Shown one piece after another: positions 23,055 through 37,488 of a stretch of DNA of 48,881 nt. A program made the position numbers and the translations under genes. A model generated the notes under the pieces. It saw only the letters and a program-made list of their open reading frames with translations, was not told the origin of the DNA and did no database searches. The stretch is from Octopus bimaculoides (taxonomy: Eukaryota). The DNA is taken from the NCBI RefSeq assembly GCF_001194135.2, contig NC_068989.1, positions 78,444,943-78,493,823 of the forward strand. Direction: 5' to 3'. How positions within the stretch are numbered: the stretch's first letter is position 1; each line of letters begins with the position of its first letter.

Positions 23055-23225
23055 TCTGAGTCGTGTGAATTCGTTATTTTTTTTTCTTTTTGCCTACGTA
23101 AAAAAGTGTGTTACTGTCTAGATCATTACGGTAATAAAAAAGGAATTTTAGCTCCTATTTCTAAATTCGGTGCGTAGCGAAGCAATTAAGTGGTCCTTAA
23201 TTATAATTATGTTTATAACTATAGA

Positions 23226-23265
<40 letters not shown>

Positions 23266-24431
23266 GCATTCACATACATAAGCATATATAAATGTGTGTA
23301 TTGTGCGCGTTGGTGCGCTATTGCGTGTGTGCGTGTGTCTGTCTGCCTGCCTGTGTTTCTGTCTGCATGAATTTCTGTCTGTGTGTCTTTTATCGATAGA
23401 CAGATAGTCGCATAAACAAAAATAGTGCTTTATTAACGAAGTCCCTTGGGGTATTTGTTCCGTATCATGTTAAAATTGTGATATACTGAAACAATAATTG
23501 GCGCTGCGTACGTCGGTAATTAAGACGCTATAATTCCCCAATTGCAGTATAAAATGTTTAATAACTAAATACATTTCATTTCCTTACTAGAGAGCCAATG
23601 TGATATAGCATATAACATCGCATGCACTTTACTATATGTTGTTTGTTAATACATATAATTTTGAAATTTAATTAGTACAAAACAAATATCGTTTAAATAG
23701 CTATAAAAGATTATATGATTAAATACATTTAGAGCACGCATAGATTCCTGTTTGCTTAATGTTTTCGTAAGATATTCTGTACTGTGTTAAAGATTCGGTG
23801 GCGCTCATTACGAGATTCCTGTGTCCATATTGATGTTTCTCACGTATATCTTACACAAACCTCATTCAATGTTTACCCATTGTTTTGAATGAAATTATGT
23901 AAAATATTTTGTGTCTCATTGACAGATGAGTAGTTTACATTTTAAATTAATCTTTTAGCCTCTTTGAAATACAAGAAGTTGAATAATGAATTACGAGAGA
24001 ATGTGTTTTTTTCTACAGAAACTTGCATAATTGTCCTATAAACTGAATGTTAAATGAAACTATGTAAAGCTTGTTGCTTTGTAGAATATTATTAGAAATA
24101 TGACTTTTCTCATTTATTTTTCAAATTTATGACAATCCATTAAAGATTTGTACATTGCAACACTAAAACTTGTATTCAGAATATTCCGCGATGCCAAACA
24201 TTCTCAATTATATAGATTATAATTACGTAATTAACGATCATCTTGATAAAGAAATTTCAGTACAAATTTTGCGGAATTCGATATTTTCACGAGAATTGGA
24301 GATTTTCTTTTATTTCAGTTACCATCGTAGTTATTGTAGTGTCTCGAACTGCTGTATCTTGAACTATAAAATAGGATGCTGACAACTGATATAATGGCGT
24401 TCGATCGATTTTCTTAACTGTAAAAAGAAGA

Positions 24432-24625
24432 TAGGCGCAGAGGTAGCTGCGTGGTTCCTAACCAGATGGTTCCAGATTCAGGTCCACTGTGTGGCACCTT
24501 GGGCAAGTGTCTTCTACTATAGCCTCGGGCTGACCAAAGCATTATGAGTGGATTTAGCGGACGGAAAAGCCCGTCGTATATATGTATACGTATGTATGTA
24601 TATGTGAGTGTATCTTTGTGTCTGC
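24432..24625 (+). mobile_element. SINE family B, 5' half, truncated by gap
   Basis: taggcgcagagg...ggttccagattcaggtccactgtgtggcaccttgggcaagtgtcttctactatagcctcggg. Confidence 0.85.
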
Positions 24626-25876
24626 NNNNNNNNNNNNNNNNNNNNNNNNNNNNNNNNNNNNNNNNNNNNNNNNNNNNNNNNNNNNNNNNNNNNNNNNNNN
24701 NNNNNNNNNNNNNNNNNNNNNNNNNNNNNNNNNNNNNNNNNNNNNNNNNNNNNNNNNNNNNNNNNNNNNNNNNNNNNNNNNNNNNNNNNNNNNNNNNNNN
24801 NNNNNNNNNNNNNNNNNNNNNNNNNNNNNNNNNNNNNNNNNNNNNNNNNNNNNNNNNNNNNNNNNNNNNNNNNNNNNNNNNNNNNNNNNNNNNNNNNNNN
24901 NNNNNNNNNNNNNNNNNNNNNNNNNNNNNNNNNNNNNNNNNNNNNNNNNNNNNNNNNNNNNNNNNNNNNNNNNNNNNNNNNNNNNNNNNNNNNNNNNNNN
25001 NNNNNNNNNNNNNNNNNNNNNNNNNNNNNNNNNNNNNNNNNNNNNNNNNNNNNNNNNNNNCTCTATAGTAATGTTTTGCTGTTTGCTTTGTGTTATTATT
25101 TATATATTAGATTTAGGGGAAGCGACACAGCACATAGACTTTCAGGTCCCCCTTCGAACTTTTAGAATCATTCATTACCAGCAGGAAATCGATGAGCTGG
25201 AATGTAATTGCAAAGAGCTGACGTTCTATGTTGAAAGAATTGAGTATAGGGATTATTGTGGCGGTTAGAAATTGGCCACCACAAAGGGGTTGAGGGGGGG
25301 GGGGAAGATTGGGAATACTTGAATTGAGGTGTTATGAATGCAGCCAGGTCCGATAATCAGTCCCCGTTATAGTAGCCGCAGGAAAGGCACAGAGAGAGGA
25401 GATTGTGCTCTGCACCAAAGACTGTAGCATGTCTGTGTGTAGAGCTAGTCATCTGCTGAAGACCTTAATATCTCGTTTTAAACTAACACAATATGAACGA
25501 GTTAAAAAGCCTTACTTTCAGTGTTCTATACCAGACATGCTATTTGGTCAGGGTTATGTTACAAGGGTTCATGCACACAGACAATTTAAGTTTTATTGGA
25601 GAATTTTTAGATCTCTATAAGTTCTAATTCATCGGACTTTTGCACTGCCTCTGAGTATAGCGGATTAAACAGCAAAAATTAGTGTTGTTGCTTTGGCAGT
25701 ATGTGAATATGACGAAATAGATGTGGTGGGGTGAAGTGCTGATCGATGAGAAAACTGGAGAGTCGGTACGACAGGAGCGCGAAAAACATGATTGAATTAA
25801 TTCCAGTTTTATCACGAGTAAACCTTTGTGAAACTGATATGAATGAAATAACCGCCATGATATTCGTTTCAAGTTT

Positions 25877-26279
25877 TAGCACGAGGCCAGGAATTTGAGA
25901 GCGGGGTCAAGTCGATTAAATCGTCGCCAGTGCTCAACTGGTACTTATTTTATTTTATAGACCCCGAAAAAGATGAAAGGCAAAGTGGACCTCGGTGGAA
26001 TTTGAATTCAGAACGCAAAGATAGATGAAATGCCGCTAAGCATTTTGTCTGGCGTGCTAACGATACTGCCAGCTTACCACCTTACAACGCCCGAAATTGG
26101 GGAGCGGGAGAAGGCCAGTTGATTAGATCGACCCCAGTACGCGACTGGTACTCATTTTATCGACCCCTGAAAGGCAAAGTCGACCTCGGGGGAATTTGAA
26201 CTCAGAACGTAAAAACAGACGAAATACCGCTAAGCATTTCGCCCGGCGTGCTAACGTTTCTGCCAGCTCGCCACTTTAC
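25877..26279 (-). mobile_element. Two tandem SINE family A copies (25877-26083, 26085-26279)
   Basis: Each contains actggtact.attttat.gacccc..aaaggcaaagt.gacctcgg..gaatttgaa.tcagaacg...gctaacg...tgccagct. Confidence 0.9.
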
Positions 26280-27769
26280 ATGGAATTTGATATTAATTAT
26301 CTAATGATTTCGTTAATTTGCCTCATTAAGTACATGCAATATGTATTAACTATAAATATTAGTAAACATGCTGAGAATCTGATGTAGACGTAAAAGTTCA
26401 GGTCCCATTTCCCTTTTTAAATACTGGGTAGAACGAAGTAGAAACTAAGATACCCTTGAATCAGAGACACCGGAAATGAATGCTTGCAATGAATTTAATT
26501 TTGATAAAGTCACACATGTGATACGTAATTTTTTTTATTTTTAATCTGATAAAGGATTACAGCCACTTGCTCCGCCATATTCTCTGATTATCAGCAATTT
26601 TCGGGATCGGATTTTACTACATTCAGACTTCGGTTCATGTTTTAGGATGATTCACTTTCTTTACACCATCAAAACAGATAATATTCTCTGAAAATGTAAG
26701 AAATGTAAATCTAGAGCTCAACTAAATATTGTTCCTATGAGAGATAATAATTTTAGATCGTAATTTGAAGTGTTTGTAGAAAGAATTTTGGCAGGTTCCA
26801 TTGCACTACTATAAATAGTTAAATGAACAATTCCCGCGCATCACTTCTAATTACTAACGAAAATCAACCTCAATTCATGGTTTAGAGGCATTCATATCCC
26901 TTATGCCAGCAATATTCTCCAAAATCTATGAAATGTTGAATAGATCCCCATGAAATATCATTTGCTAAGTGAGATATAATTTTAACATGAAATTTAGTTA
27001 GAAAATCCGAAATTGATTGCAATTTAAATAATACAGTTTGAGTAATTTCTATCACATGTAAGACAACAATGACATATTGTAGTCTAAGGTGAATGATTGA
27101 TTGAAATGAATGATTCAATTATAAACTAAACGAAAGATATATATGACGCTGGAAAAGAAAGAACGTGAATTCAGAAGCCTTAGAATTATTCTTTAAATGG
27201 TCAGATAATATCGTTTGAATGAAAAAATATTTAAAGCGATATAAATAAGTTTCAAAAGTCAATAATATAACACCAAACACATAAATCTTTCAATGTAATA
27301 TATCATCATTCGGAGATTAAAACCAAAAGCCATATATATTTCAATATGATATATATATATATCTCAGCGAAATCATATTCAGATATTTACAGCCGTCTCA
27401 TGAAGCTAATGATATTGATACCATATATAAACAAAAGTCCGAAGGGTGGAAGACATATTGTGTTGCTTTAAGAGACTTGACTTAAAGTGCATTAATGGGA
27501 TAATTTATGGACTATAAACTAGGTATAAGAAAATTAAACGCTTACAAAATTTTACCTCATAAGAATAACCTGTCTACATAAGTGCAATAATGATTCCTGT
27601 TTGGTTTATAACAGATACGGAAAATCTCCAGTTGACTATGTCGCGATAAAACGAGTCTTGTAAGAAATCAAGATTTTTCTTTAACTAGTAAAAGTGTCTT
27701 CCAAATTAATACTTGGAGACGAATCAAAGGAGCGACAGATAGGTTTAGAACGGGAAGTAAAAGGGTAAA

Positions 27770-28015
27770 GGGCAAAGACCCGCTTCGGTCATGAATGACC
27801 ATGGGATTACACCGAGAGATTTCCTCTCCAAGGCACAAGTCCGAGCAAAGTTGTTTATGGAAGGCCGGCAGTCGCCCATGCATACCGGCCTCCCTTCTCC
27901 ACGCTACCGATGTTATCGAAGGGAAAGGTAAGGGGCGATACAGCTTGGCACCAGTGACGTCGCAACACATTTGTACAGCTGAGTCAACTGAAGCAACGTG
28001 TCTTGCGCAAGAACC
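27770..28015 (-). mobile_element. SINE family C
   Basis: Reverse complement of the 14063-14236 family, plus upstream cttgcgcaagacacgttgcttcagttgactcagctgtac; tail is (CCCTTTA)-like. Confidence 0.8.
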
Positions 28016-28557
28016 TTAAGTATCACTCTTCCAAAACTAAAGCCATAGTCACACACCAATAACGTTAATCCTTGCAAAATTTCATGTAGTACTGGCGGCC
28101 GTCACGCATTATGAAATGAAGGATCGAGAGTAATGTAACGGAGTGTTGGTCAAAGACCAGTCAGATGTATTCTCTGAAATATGCAACTAACATTGTTGTC
28201 GATAAACATTTATGATAATAAACTTTATAAAGATCTCTGTGTGTCTGCATTTGTGAGTGTGGGCGCCTTTGTGAATGTGTGAGTGTGTGTATGTTTAAAT
28301 AGGTGCAGGGATGGCTTATCAAAACCACAAAGGAGAAAGCTAATTTGAAGACTACAGATCCAATCCATCACTGTAAAACCTTCCAGGAGTTTACCATTTA
28401 AATATATATGGGCATGTCTAGATATGCAACTATATGCATGTGAATACAGACATAAAACATACAAATCTGCACATACTTGCATACATACATACACACATAC
28501 ATATATACATACATACATACATACATACATACATACATACATACATACAAACAAACA

Positions 28558-28665
28558 TACCCTGTTGTTGATGTTGAAATTACAATGAAGGAGCCTTGGA
28601 TCTCAGTTAGAAACCACTTCTATCTCTATTGGCAAGAAATCTTGAAATAAACTGAATAATTACAT
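28558..28665 (+). repeat. Unclassified ~110-bp repeat within (ATAC)n (partner of 3256-3365)
   Basis: taccctgttgttgatgttgaaattacaatgaaggagccttggatctcagttagaaacc...ggcaagaaatcttgaaataaac. Confidence 0.85.
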
Positions 28666-28808
28666 ACGTACACACACACACATACATTCACACATGCATA
28701 CACGCATACATACATGCAAATATACATACAGGCAAACACACACACACATGCACACGCACACATATACAAAGATACGTACTTAATACACACATGCCTGCAT
28801 AGATGACA

Positions 28809-28854
<46 letters not shown>

Positions 28855-31800
28855 NNNNNNNNNNNNNNNNNNNNNNNNNNNNNNNNNNNNNNNNNNNNNN
28901 NNNNNNNNNNNNNNNNNNNNNNNNNNNNNNNNNNNNNNNNNNNNNNNNNNNNNNNNNNNNNNNNNNNNNNNNNNNNNNNNNNNNNNNNNNNNNNNNNNNN
29001 NNNNNNNNNNNNNNNNNNNNNNNNNNNNNNNNNNNNNNNNNNNNNNNNNNNNNNNNNNNNNNNNNNNNNNNNNNNNNNNNNNNNNNNNNNNNNNNNNNNN
29101 NNNNNNNNNNNNNNNNNNNNNNNNNNNNNNNNNNNNNNNNNNNNNNNNNNNNNNNNNNNNNNNNNNNNNNNNNNNNNNNNNNNNNNNNNNNNNNNNNNNN
29201 NNNNNNNNNNNNNNNNNNNNNNNNNNNNNNNNNNNNNNNNNNNNNNNNNNNNNNNNNNNNNNNNNNNNNNNNNNNNNNNNNNNNNNNNNNNNNNNNNNNN
29301 NNNNNNNNNNNNNNNNNNNNNNNNNNNNNNNNNNNNNNNNNNNNNNNNNNNNNNNNNNNNNNNNNNNNNNNNNNNNNNNNNNNNNNNNNNNNNNNNNNNN
29401 NNNNNNNNNNNNNNNNNNNNNNNNNNNNNNNNNNNNNNNNNNNNNNNNNNNNNNNNNNNNNNNNNNNNNNNNNNNNNNNNNNNNNNNNNNNNNNNNNTAT
29501 ATATATATATATATATGTAATATACAAACATATACATATAATGCATATATATATATATGTATACATACATACATACATACATACATACATACCTACATAC
29601 ATACATACGTACATACATATACGCTTAATGTAAATTTTCCTCGGTTACTAAACAATGCATCACAACTATGGAATGTCCTGCAACGAACGTAGATCGTTTT
29701 CCAATAAAGAAATTTAAATCCACCACTTTACTTTGAATAACGAAGTGCTACAACGTCTCGGCTTCTTCACTTTTAACATGTTTGAACTTTGCAACATAAA
29801 TATGCGTATGCAAAATAAAATAAAAAACAGCATAGAATAAATAATGTTCTAAAGGTGATTATACTACTATATCATTGTCAATATTATCGGTGTGTTTAGC
29901 AACGTTAAAATAGTAAAATATTTCATTATTCGATAAATAGCGTCCATGTTATGTTATGTAATAAATAACATCCATCTCATANNNNNNNNNNATATATATA
30001 TATATGTAACTGAAGGAAACAACATATGCCATACACAGAGGATCACAATCCTAACATCCTTTATATATATTAGTTTTAATATGCTAAGGCTCAATAATGC
30101 ACTATCTATGTAGATTCAGCTTCATTGCAACTGTGTATTAGAGTTTACATAATCTATATGTAAGACTTGATAGATGGGAAATTTTTTTAGCCCATCAGAT
30201 GCACCCTCACTGTTCTAATGTGGTAAATGTATTACTTGTTCCGGCATGAAATACATCACCCGAACGTTCGATGTATTTTACACAATCTACTCCATTACAA
30301 ACATTGAAACGCGCTCTGCTCTTCATTTTCTGATTCTCAATTGTATAGTTAATTCACGTGTGCCTTACTTATATAGCTATATGTGATAATCAGTGTGAGT
30401 GTGTATGTACGTATGCTCCTGCATGCATGAGTGCAGACCCACGTGCATTGGTCTATAAAGAAGTACGTAACTTCATTGCGACAGGTTTCAAGCTGGTGGC
30501 AGCAGCCAATGGAAGCTATTGCAGTTGGTGATAACCTACCGTTATATTGAAATAGAAGCCATGGTTCATTGCACGCTAGGTGGTACAACAGTGTCTGGAA
30601 TTTAGCAATCAGCATTCTTTCACAATCCCAATTATCTTGACTTTATGTTGTTACTGGACATTGTTTAAAAGCATGAGAGTGAGTCCAAAATGTATGCAAT
30701 CCTTTGATTGAAATAAACATTACTGTATCTTAGTATCAGTGTCTTGCAGATGAGACGAAAATGTAGCACACGATTGACTGTTCCTTGCCTCAGTTAATCG
30801 TATTGTAATGGTTAACACTCACGTACGACATTGAAGTAATACCACTTCTCTAGTTTCCGGTGCATGAAAGATTTAGTTTTAGCAGGAATTAATTTTAGCT
30901 ACTGTTCTCTGACCGCTACCATGTGACTTTGTCATTTCTCAAAGTGCAGCTTAATCAGTCATTGGATATGATCTTCATTGATTATTGATGACTAACGATT
31001 TTTGGAGCCGTAGGCGGTGGATCTTTCATTGTATCGCTAAAATTACTAATATGGTTTTGTATGGAGATATACTTTTTTCATTTTATTTGCCAGTGTAGCA
31101 ATTTTCAATTTTTATCAATCTACTTTTTATTCCCAGGAAGCAAATTTTAAATCACAAGACAATTTGCGTGTTACATTTACACGTTGCCTTCCATTTATTA
31201 CTTTCTAAAGTGCTACTTTATAAATGCATACATCATACCTTGTTGTAATGCAAGGTTGTATACAACTAGCATCTCAGATTACTTGGTAGTTAGCAAAAAC
31301 ATGAGAACTTTACAAGAAAAGGAAACATGCAAGAAGTCGTATTAGAATTGATCACACCGCAAGAAAAATTTTATATGAAACAGTAAACAGGAAATTTTAA
31401 ATAATTTCTACATGGCTTGTTATGAAAACTAACTGTGGTATGTTAAGCTACAATCGCTTTTTAGATGTTTACATAAAATGTATTCTGTGAAGCGCAAACC
31501 ACTTACTGTTGTTTCTACCGTAAAAGCAAAGAAGTCTTCTAAAATTAAGTGCAAAAATAAATGCTTACTGAAATGTTACAGTAATGTGTTTTGAATAAGA
31601 TTTAAAACAGTAAATAAACTTTGTTCCATTAAAGCTGACACGCAGAGAGAATTTAGGTCGTGTACGCTAATATTTATCTTAGAATTCGAGAAGTATCAGC
31701 GAAAAAATATATATAGATAATAGTAAATCGACAATAATGTTAGTCCTAAATAAAACACATATTTGAATTTTTAAAACTGGTCATAGTCCATTCTTTGGAA

Positions 31801-32158
31801 ACCAAAAAAAAAAAAAAAGTAGCAATACAGAAGTTCTGCCACAAACTATAAGCTAATGTTGTGCAGTTATAACATGCTCTGTCGGGGAAACTGCTAACTA
31901 TATTCATCGGTTGTTTAACATTTTTAATCTAACACACATATACCTCGTGGAATGTTATGTATTTTCATATAACATTAGAATAAAACACAAGTCTGATTGA
32001 GGAAACTAGAAACAATTCAACTAACACCAGTTGTTGATTGATGCTTAATGTAATCGAAAACAAAATGAAGAATTGCAAAGTGGACGATGGCGTGATCCGA
32101 GGTCAACATATGAAATGAAAGGTTGGTGTCCAATAACTGAGACAAGTAAAAGATATAC

Positions 32159-32201
<43 letters not shown>

Positions 32202-32841
32202 CAACACGGATTTCAAAGGTGATTGCAGTACGCACGTNNNNNNNNNNNNNNNNNNNNNNNNNNNNNNNNNNNNNNNNNNNNNNNNNNNNNNNNNNNNNNN
32301 NNNNNNNNNNNNNNNNNNNNNNNNNNNNNNNNNNNNNNNNNNNNNNNNNNNNNNNNNNNNNNNNNNNNNNNNNNNNNNNNNNNNNNNNNNNNNNNNNNNN
32401 NNNNNNNNNNNNNNNNNNNNNNNNNNNNNNNNNNNNNNNNNNNNNNNNNNNNNNNNNNNNNNNNNNNNNNNNNNNNNNNNNNNNNNNNNNNNNNNNNNNN
32501 NNNNNNNNNNNNNNNNNNNNNNNNNNNNNNNNNNNNNNNNNNNNNNNNNNNNNNNNNNNNNNNNNNNNNNNNNNNNNNNNNNNNNNNNNNNNNNNNNNNN
32601 NNNNNNNNNNNNNNNNNNNNNNNNNNNNNNNNNNNNNNATTCTGTTGTGTCTGGAGAGAATCATTTTCTTATTGTGCCTTAAAATTTAACACACTCACCG
32701 TTAAGATTTCCACTTATTTCTTATTTTTATTTTCCTAAAATGTTCGTTGCGTCTTGCAACCTTTTCAATAGTCTTGACTCAACACACGAAATCACATAAA
32801 AAATCTTGCAAACCAAACCCAAAAACGAGATATATATATAT

Positions 32842-33116
32842 TGTAAAGTAGTTATTCGTCGTCAATTATTGTAGTATCGCCACTATTTATGACGATTCTT
32901 ATTTACACTATAACTACGCAGTAAGAAAAAGATATATAACGAAACAGGGTAACAACAACGTAACAATTCAACAAACTCTCCACGAACTATGCACGAATCA
33001 ACAAACCATATTCCGACAAACTACCAAAACCTTACGACATCCTGCGATTAACGCATACTCTGTCTCTCACTCAGACCACTAGTATTCATGGTCGTTCTGT
33101 CAAGTCTATCCTCGCA
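32842..33116 (-). mobile_element. Candidate solo LTR (275 bp)
   Basis: TG...CA ends, identical tatat 5-mers on both sides (within TA-rich tracts), non-coding and compositionally distinct from its flanks. Confidence 0.4.
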
Positions 33117-33819
33117 TATATGTATGTATGTATGTATGTATGTGTGTATGCATGCATATGTGTGTGTGTGTGCGTGTGTGCGTGAAATATAACGTGTCTT
33201 GAAGGGCTCAACAATGCAGAGTGCATTATAATAACTGCTATAATTCAATTATCCATAGTCTGATATAATAATATTTCGGAAAATAAAAATTCCTTCTTCA
33301 GATATCGCTAGGAATTGATCGAGTCACTGCTATAATTAGTTTTCCATATATATATATATATATATANNNNNNNNNNNNNNNNNNNNNNNNNNNNNNNNNN
33401 NNNNNNNNNNNNNNNNNNNNNNNNNNNNNNNNNNNNNNNNNNNNNNNNNNNNNNNNNNNNNNNNNNNNNNNNNNNNNNNNNNNNNNNNNNNNNNNNNNNN
33501 NNNNNNNNNNNNNNNNNNNNNNNNNNNNNNNNNNNNNNNNNNNNNNNNNNNNNNNNNNNNNNNNNNNNNNNNNNNNNNNNNNNNNNNNNNNNNNNNNNNN
33601 NNNNNNNNNNNNNNNNNNNNNNNNNNNNNNNNNNNNNNNNNNNNNNNNNNNNNNNNNNNNNNNNNNNNNNNNNNNNNNNNNNNNNNNNNNNNNNNNNNNN
33701 NNNNNNNNNNNNNNNNNNNNNNNNNNNNNNNNNNNNNNNNNNNNNNNNNNNNNNNNNNNNNNNNNNNNNNNNNNNNNNNNNNNNNNNNNNNNNNNNNNNN
33801 NNNNNNNNNNNNNNNNNNN

Positions 33820-33858
<39 letters not shown>

Positions 33859-33884
33859 AGTAAACAAGGTATGTAAGGTATTTG

Positions 33885-34380
33885 AGGACATACCTTTTTG
33901 GGGTTATTGCTGCATTTTTTGCTAATTCTGTATAATCTTTCTTTCAGGAAATAATAATGGCATTCCCTCAGCTTACTGAAGAAATGAAGAGACACGCTGT
34001 TATTGTGGTTATAAAGGCTGAGCATAGCGAGTTAGAAATATCTCGATTTCTAAAATTGCTAGATCTTTCGTCTACAAAGTTTGTAAGGAGCTAGAGACTG
34101 AAGAGGGAAACGTATAACCAGTATCAAAGCAGAAAAGCATTCTAAACGCTCTAAAATTATCACAACACCTGAATTTATCCAGAAAATTCAACAGACTATT
34201 GATTACAATCCCAGAAAGTCTATGGAGTCAATTGCAAACGATCTCCATGTGTCAGAAGAAACAGTTAGAAATGTTGTCTACGAAGACATCAGATATAAGT
34301 CGTACATGAGGAGGAAATGTCAATTTGTCAGGAAAAGCAAAAGAAAATCACTACACCATATCTAAAAGGCTCTTAAGGGC
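33885..34380 (+). mobile_element. Tc1/mariner (maT/DD37D-like) transposase N-terminal fragment
   Basis: MKRHAVIVVIKAEHSELEISRFL..ARSFVYKVCKEL...TPEFIQKIQQTIDYNPRKSMESIANDLHVSEETVRNVVYEDIRYKSY, i.e. two HTH regions; frameshifted and 3'-truncated. Confidence 0.8.
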
Positions 34381-35314
34381 TTAAATTGGTGGACTGCTGC
34401 AATATTTATGAATCTGAGATGGGAATATGTTGAATAAAATCATAATTAACTGATCCTCCTGGATTTTCCTTTACGCAAACCAGGAACTTTCATCATATCC
34501 TAATATATATGATATATACATAGTATATAATAATATATATAGTATATAATATATATATAGTGAATGGATCTGTGTTTTCTCAACATGTATATAGTTGAGG
34601 AATCTCAATCTCTGGAGGCGTTTTCTAAATATATAAGTTTGTGTATATGTCAGTGTGAGTGTGACCATAAATTCCTGTATATGCATATAGCGTAGATTCA
34701 GTTTTTTTTTTTTTAATACGCAATATGTATTTTGTGTCGATACTAGCTTTGAATAATTCAATATAAACGTGTTACTATGTTATTAATTTTAATGAAAAAT
34801 AAATTCCTAGGAAATTATCTCCGTGAGAAATTGAGTGAAGTAAATCTTAAATGTCAGAAATTTTCGTGACATTAAGAATTGACGCTTGCATAGCGAAGTA
34901 TTGTGGGTGTTTACTTCTTAGATCAATTTATTAAGATCACCAAATAAACATATATATATATACATAATCTTTTAAAACATGTCTGTTAAGAAATTTATGG
35001 AAGACAAACATAACTGCAGCCATCACAAATAAATTCTTTCCTATCATATGTGTATTTGAGTTATTTGGTTATCATTATTATTATTATTTGTGTTGTTTTG
35101 TTTTTGGCTTTGCTATATATTTTAATTGGTTTTCTTTACATTTAATTTTTAGTGAGTCGTATTTATTGCATGTGAATCTTATTAACTAATAAGTTGTTTT
35201 GTTTAAAGTTGGCTGATGCATTATTTTCCATGTAATATTTTACTGAGAATCAGAAAATTTAATTGAGTGACTAATAACATGGTGTTCATCATTTTGTATT
35301 CTGACATTGATAAC

Positions 35315-35321
35315 AATAATG

Positions 35322-35409
<88 letters not shown>

Positions 35410-35435
35410 TGATGATGATGATGATGATGATGATA
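35315..35435. repeat. (TAA)n/(TGA)n microsatellite
   Basis: Seen directly; a (CA)n tract lies at 35847-35920. Confidence 0.97.
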
Positions 35436-35845
35436 AATAAATAAATGAATAAATTGAACATTGATTAGAATGACTTGAATTATCCACAAACATGTCTTTT
35501 GGCGACTTCCTGAGATGCATCATCCCATGTAATCTTCAGCGGGTATGTTACTAATAGCTCATCTACTGCATTAGGCGTGATGCATTCGATATTTCTATAC
35601 AATGGCTTTATGTTTTTCATACTATCCCTCGCACATTCCATAATAAACCCGTAATAGAGTTAAAGTTTTCCGGTAGGGGAAAGTCATCTCTTTGCAAACC
35701 TGGAAACGCGACCTTATTGGAATTTTTCCTTTAATCAATAACCTATTCATCGTGATATTCAGAGGATTCAGGAAAAGATTTAGATGGCTAACGTAGTAGT
35801 CTAAGGTATATTCATATCTGCGTGTGCATCTGTGAGTATGTATGT

Positions 35846-35925
<80 letters not shown>

Positions 35926-35954
35926 ACATATATGTATGCATGTATGAATATCTG

Positions 35955-36255
35955 AAAGTAAGATCCAAAGATCAAGGTGTAGGAAATTAGTGAGCTTCAA
36001 GCAATTCGTAGAAGATATAAAAGACAACTTTCAGAAACAATTCTGGTTTATTGACGCATTGAGATCGAATTCTCTGTTAGTTAACAAAGAATTCCTAACG
36101 GCAATGTAAACTTCATGTAATCAAGATATTCTTTGGGCCTGCAGTGTAGCTTTTGGTATACCCCACGTTTGGATAATTACTACATCCGATGATCCGCTTG
36201 GTATGAAACATATGTAGCCCGGATTTTAACTACTACATTCCTGAATTTTAGACTA
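35955..36255 (+). repeat. Unclassified interspersed repeat (partner of 22365-22745)
   Basis: Same shared blocks as 22365-22745. Confidence 0.8.
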
Positions 36256-36414
36256 TATATATATATACATCTTTCGTTATACATTTTCTTTGTCAGGACC
36301 TACACGTGTTTCCGCTGCAAGCCGGTGCACATCGCTAATTGTGCATCTTGGTGTTTATTTACCAGATTTACATCTCAGATGAAACAGTCGATTATCGTAC
36401 GTAGTCTTTTGCTT

Positions 36415-36650
36415 TTTCACTAGTTTCAGTTATTGGAGTGCGGCCATTCTGCTAAACCACCTTGAAGAGTCTAGTTAATCAAATCCACCCAGTATTTTTT
36501 TCTTTCTTTGGTGGGAATAGATTCTGGTATTTATTCTGTCTGACACTTTTCACCGAACTGTTAAGTTATGGAGACTTAATCAAAGTAACACCAGTTCTCC
36601 GGCGGAAAATGATCAATACGAACACAGAGATGCACATATAAATACGAACG
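36415..36650 (-). mobile_element. SINE family B, degenerate 3' half
   Basis: tttcagttattggagtgcggccattctgc...ctggtatttattct...ccgaactgttaagttatggagac. Confidence 0.7.
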
Positions 36651-37414
36651 TACATGAATACGTAAGCATGAACATCATCTGTTCTTAATAAACAGCAGTT
36701 GTCCTCAAATTTTAAAATTTATATCATGTACTCTCTATTTTATAAATGATAAGTTTGAATATCTAAAGCAACGGTTTCCTGTTTTTATTGTTGCTGTTGT
36801 TGTTTTGATAAAATCTATTCTGATTGTTGAGATCCATACTCAAAGATATCTGACTCACAGTCACTTTTATTTTGTGAGATTTAACAGTAACCGACTACCA
36901 CGTGGAGGCACTTACTTATGTTACACCGGTTTAGATTTATAATATGTGATGAATAAATCGTGCAATTAAATATCAATGCAGAAATTTTACTGATTGACTT
37001 TCTGCTAATGAAAGCCTAATTATAAACACCCACCATTCTATAGGAGCAAGTTACTGGTAATATAGTATGCTAATTTGTGATTACCTTATCAATGCTTAAT
37101 TTAATCATTTGATCTTTAATCAGTCTCCGCATTTCTAGATATTGATTCGTATCATTTTACTTTCCATTCGCCGATATATTTTATTGCAGCTTCTTCAAAC
37201 ATTTCTGTAGTTTATTATTTTATATTATCTCGTATTATCTGTTGCACCAAACCTTTGAATACAATAACAGATGTTATATGTTGTATTGTGTATTTTGTTT
37301 TTATTAATATATATATATAGCTTTAATCATATATCGCCACAACTTTTATATATTAACATAAGCTCTTGATAAGTTCACTATCTACTATCTACTGCCTATC
37401 TACATCTTCAATTT

Positions 37415-37488
37415 TGCACACTGAAGATGTATAACATGAAGGGATATCATTTTCGTATTGTCTATGGATACAGAACTTGTAGGGCATA
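37415..37488 (+). ncRNA. Degenerate hammerhead-like motif
   Basis: gcacaCTGAAGA, stem TGTAT/ATACA closing a long insert, GAAC instead of GAAA; stems I and III decayed. Confidence 0.35.

Noticed and set aside
30438-30480. CACGTG, ATTGG and TATAAA promoter-like cluster
   Set aside because: TATA-to-initiator spacing is about 21 nt and no downstream gene is identifiable.
35500-35660. Peptide FMFFILSLAHSIINP resembling GPCR TM7
   Set aside because: Immediately followed by stops, no NPxxY and no other helices; compatible with chance in AT-rich DNA.
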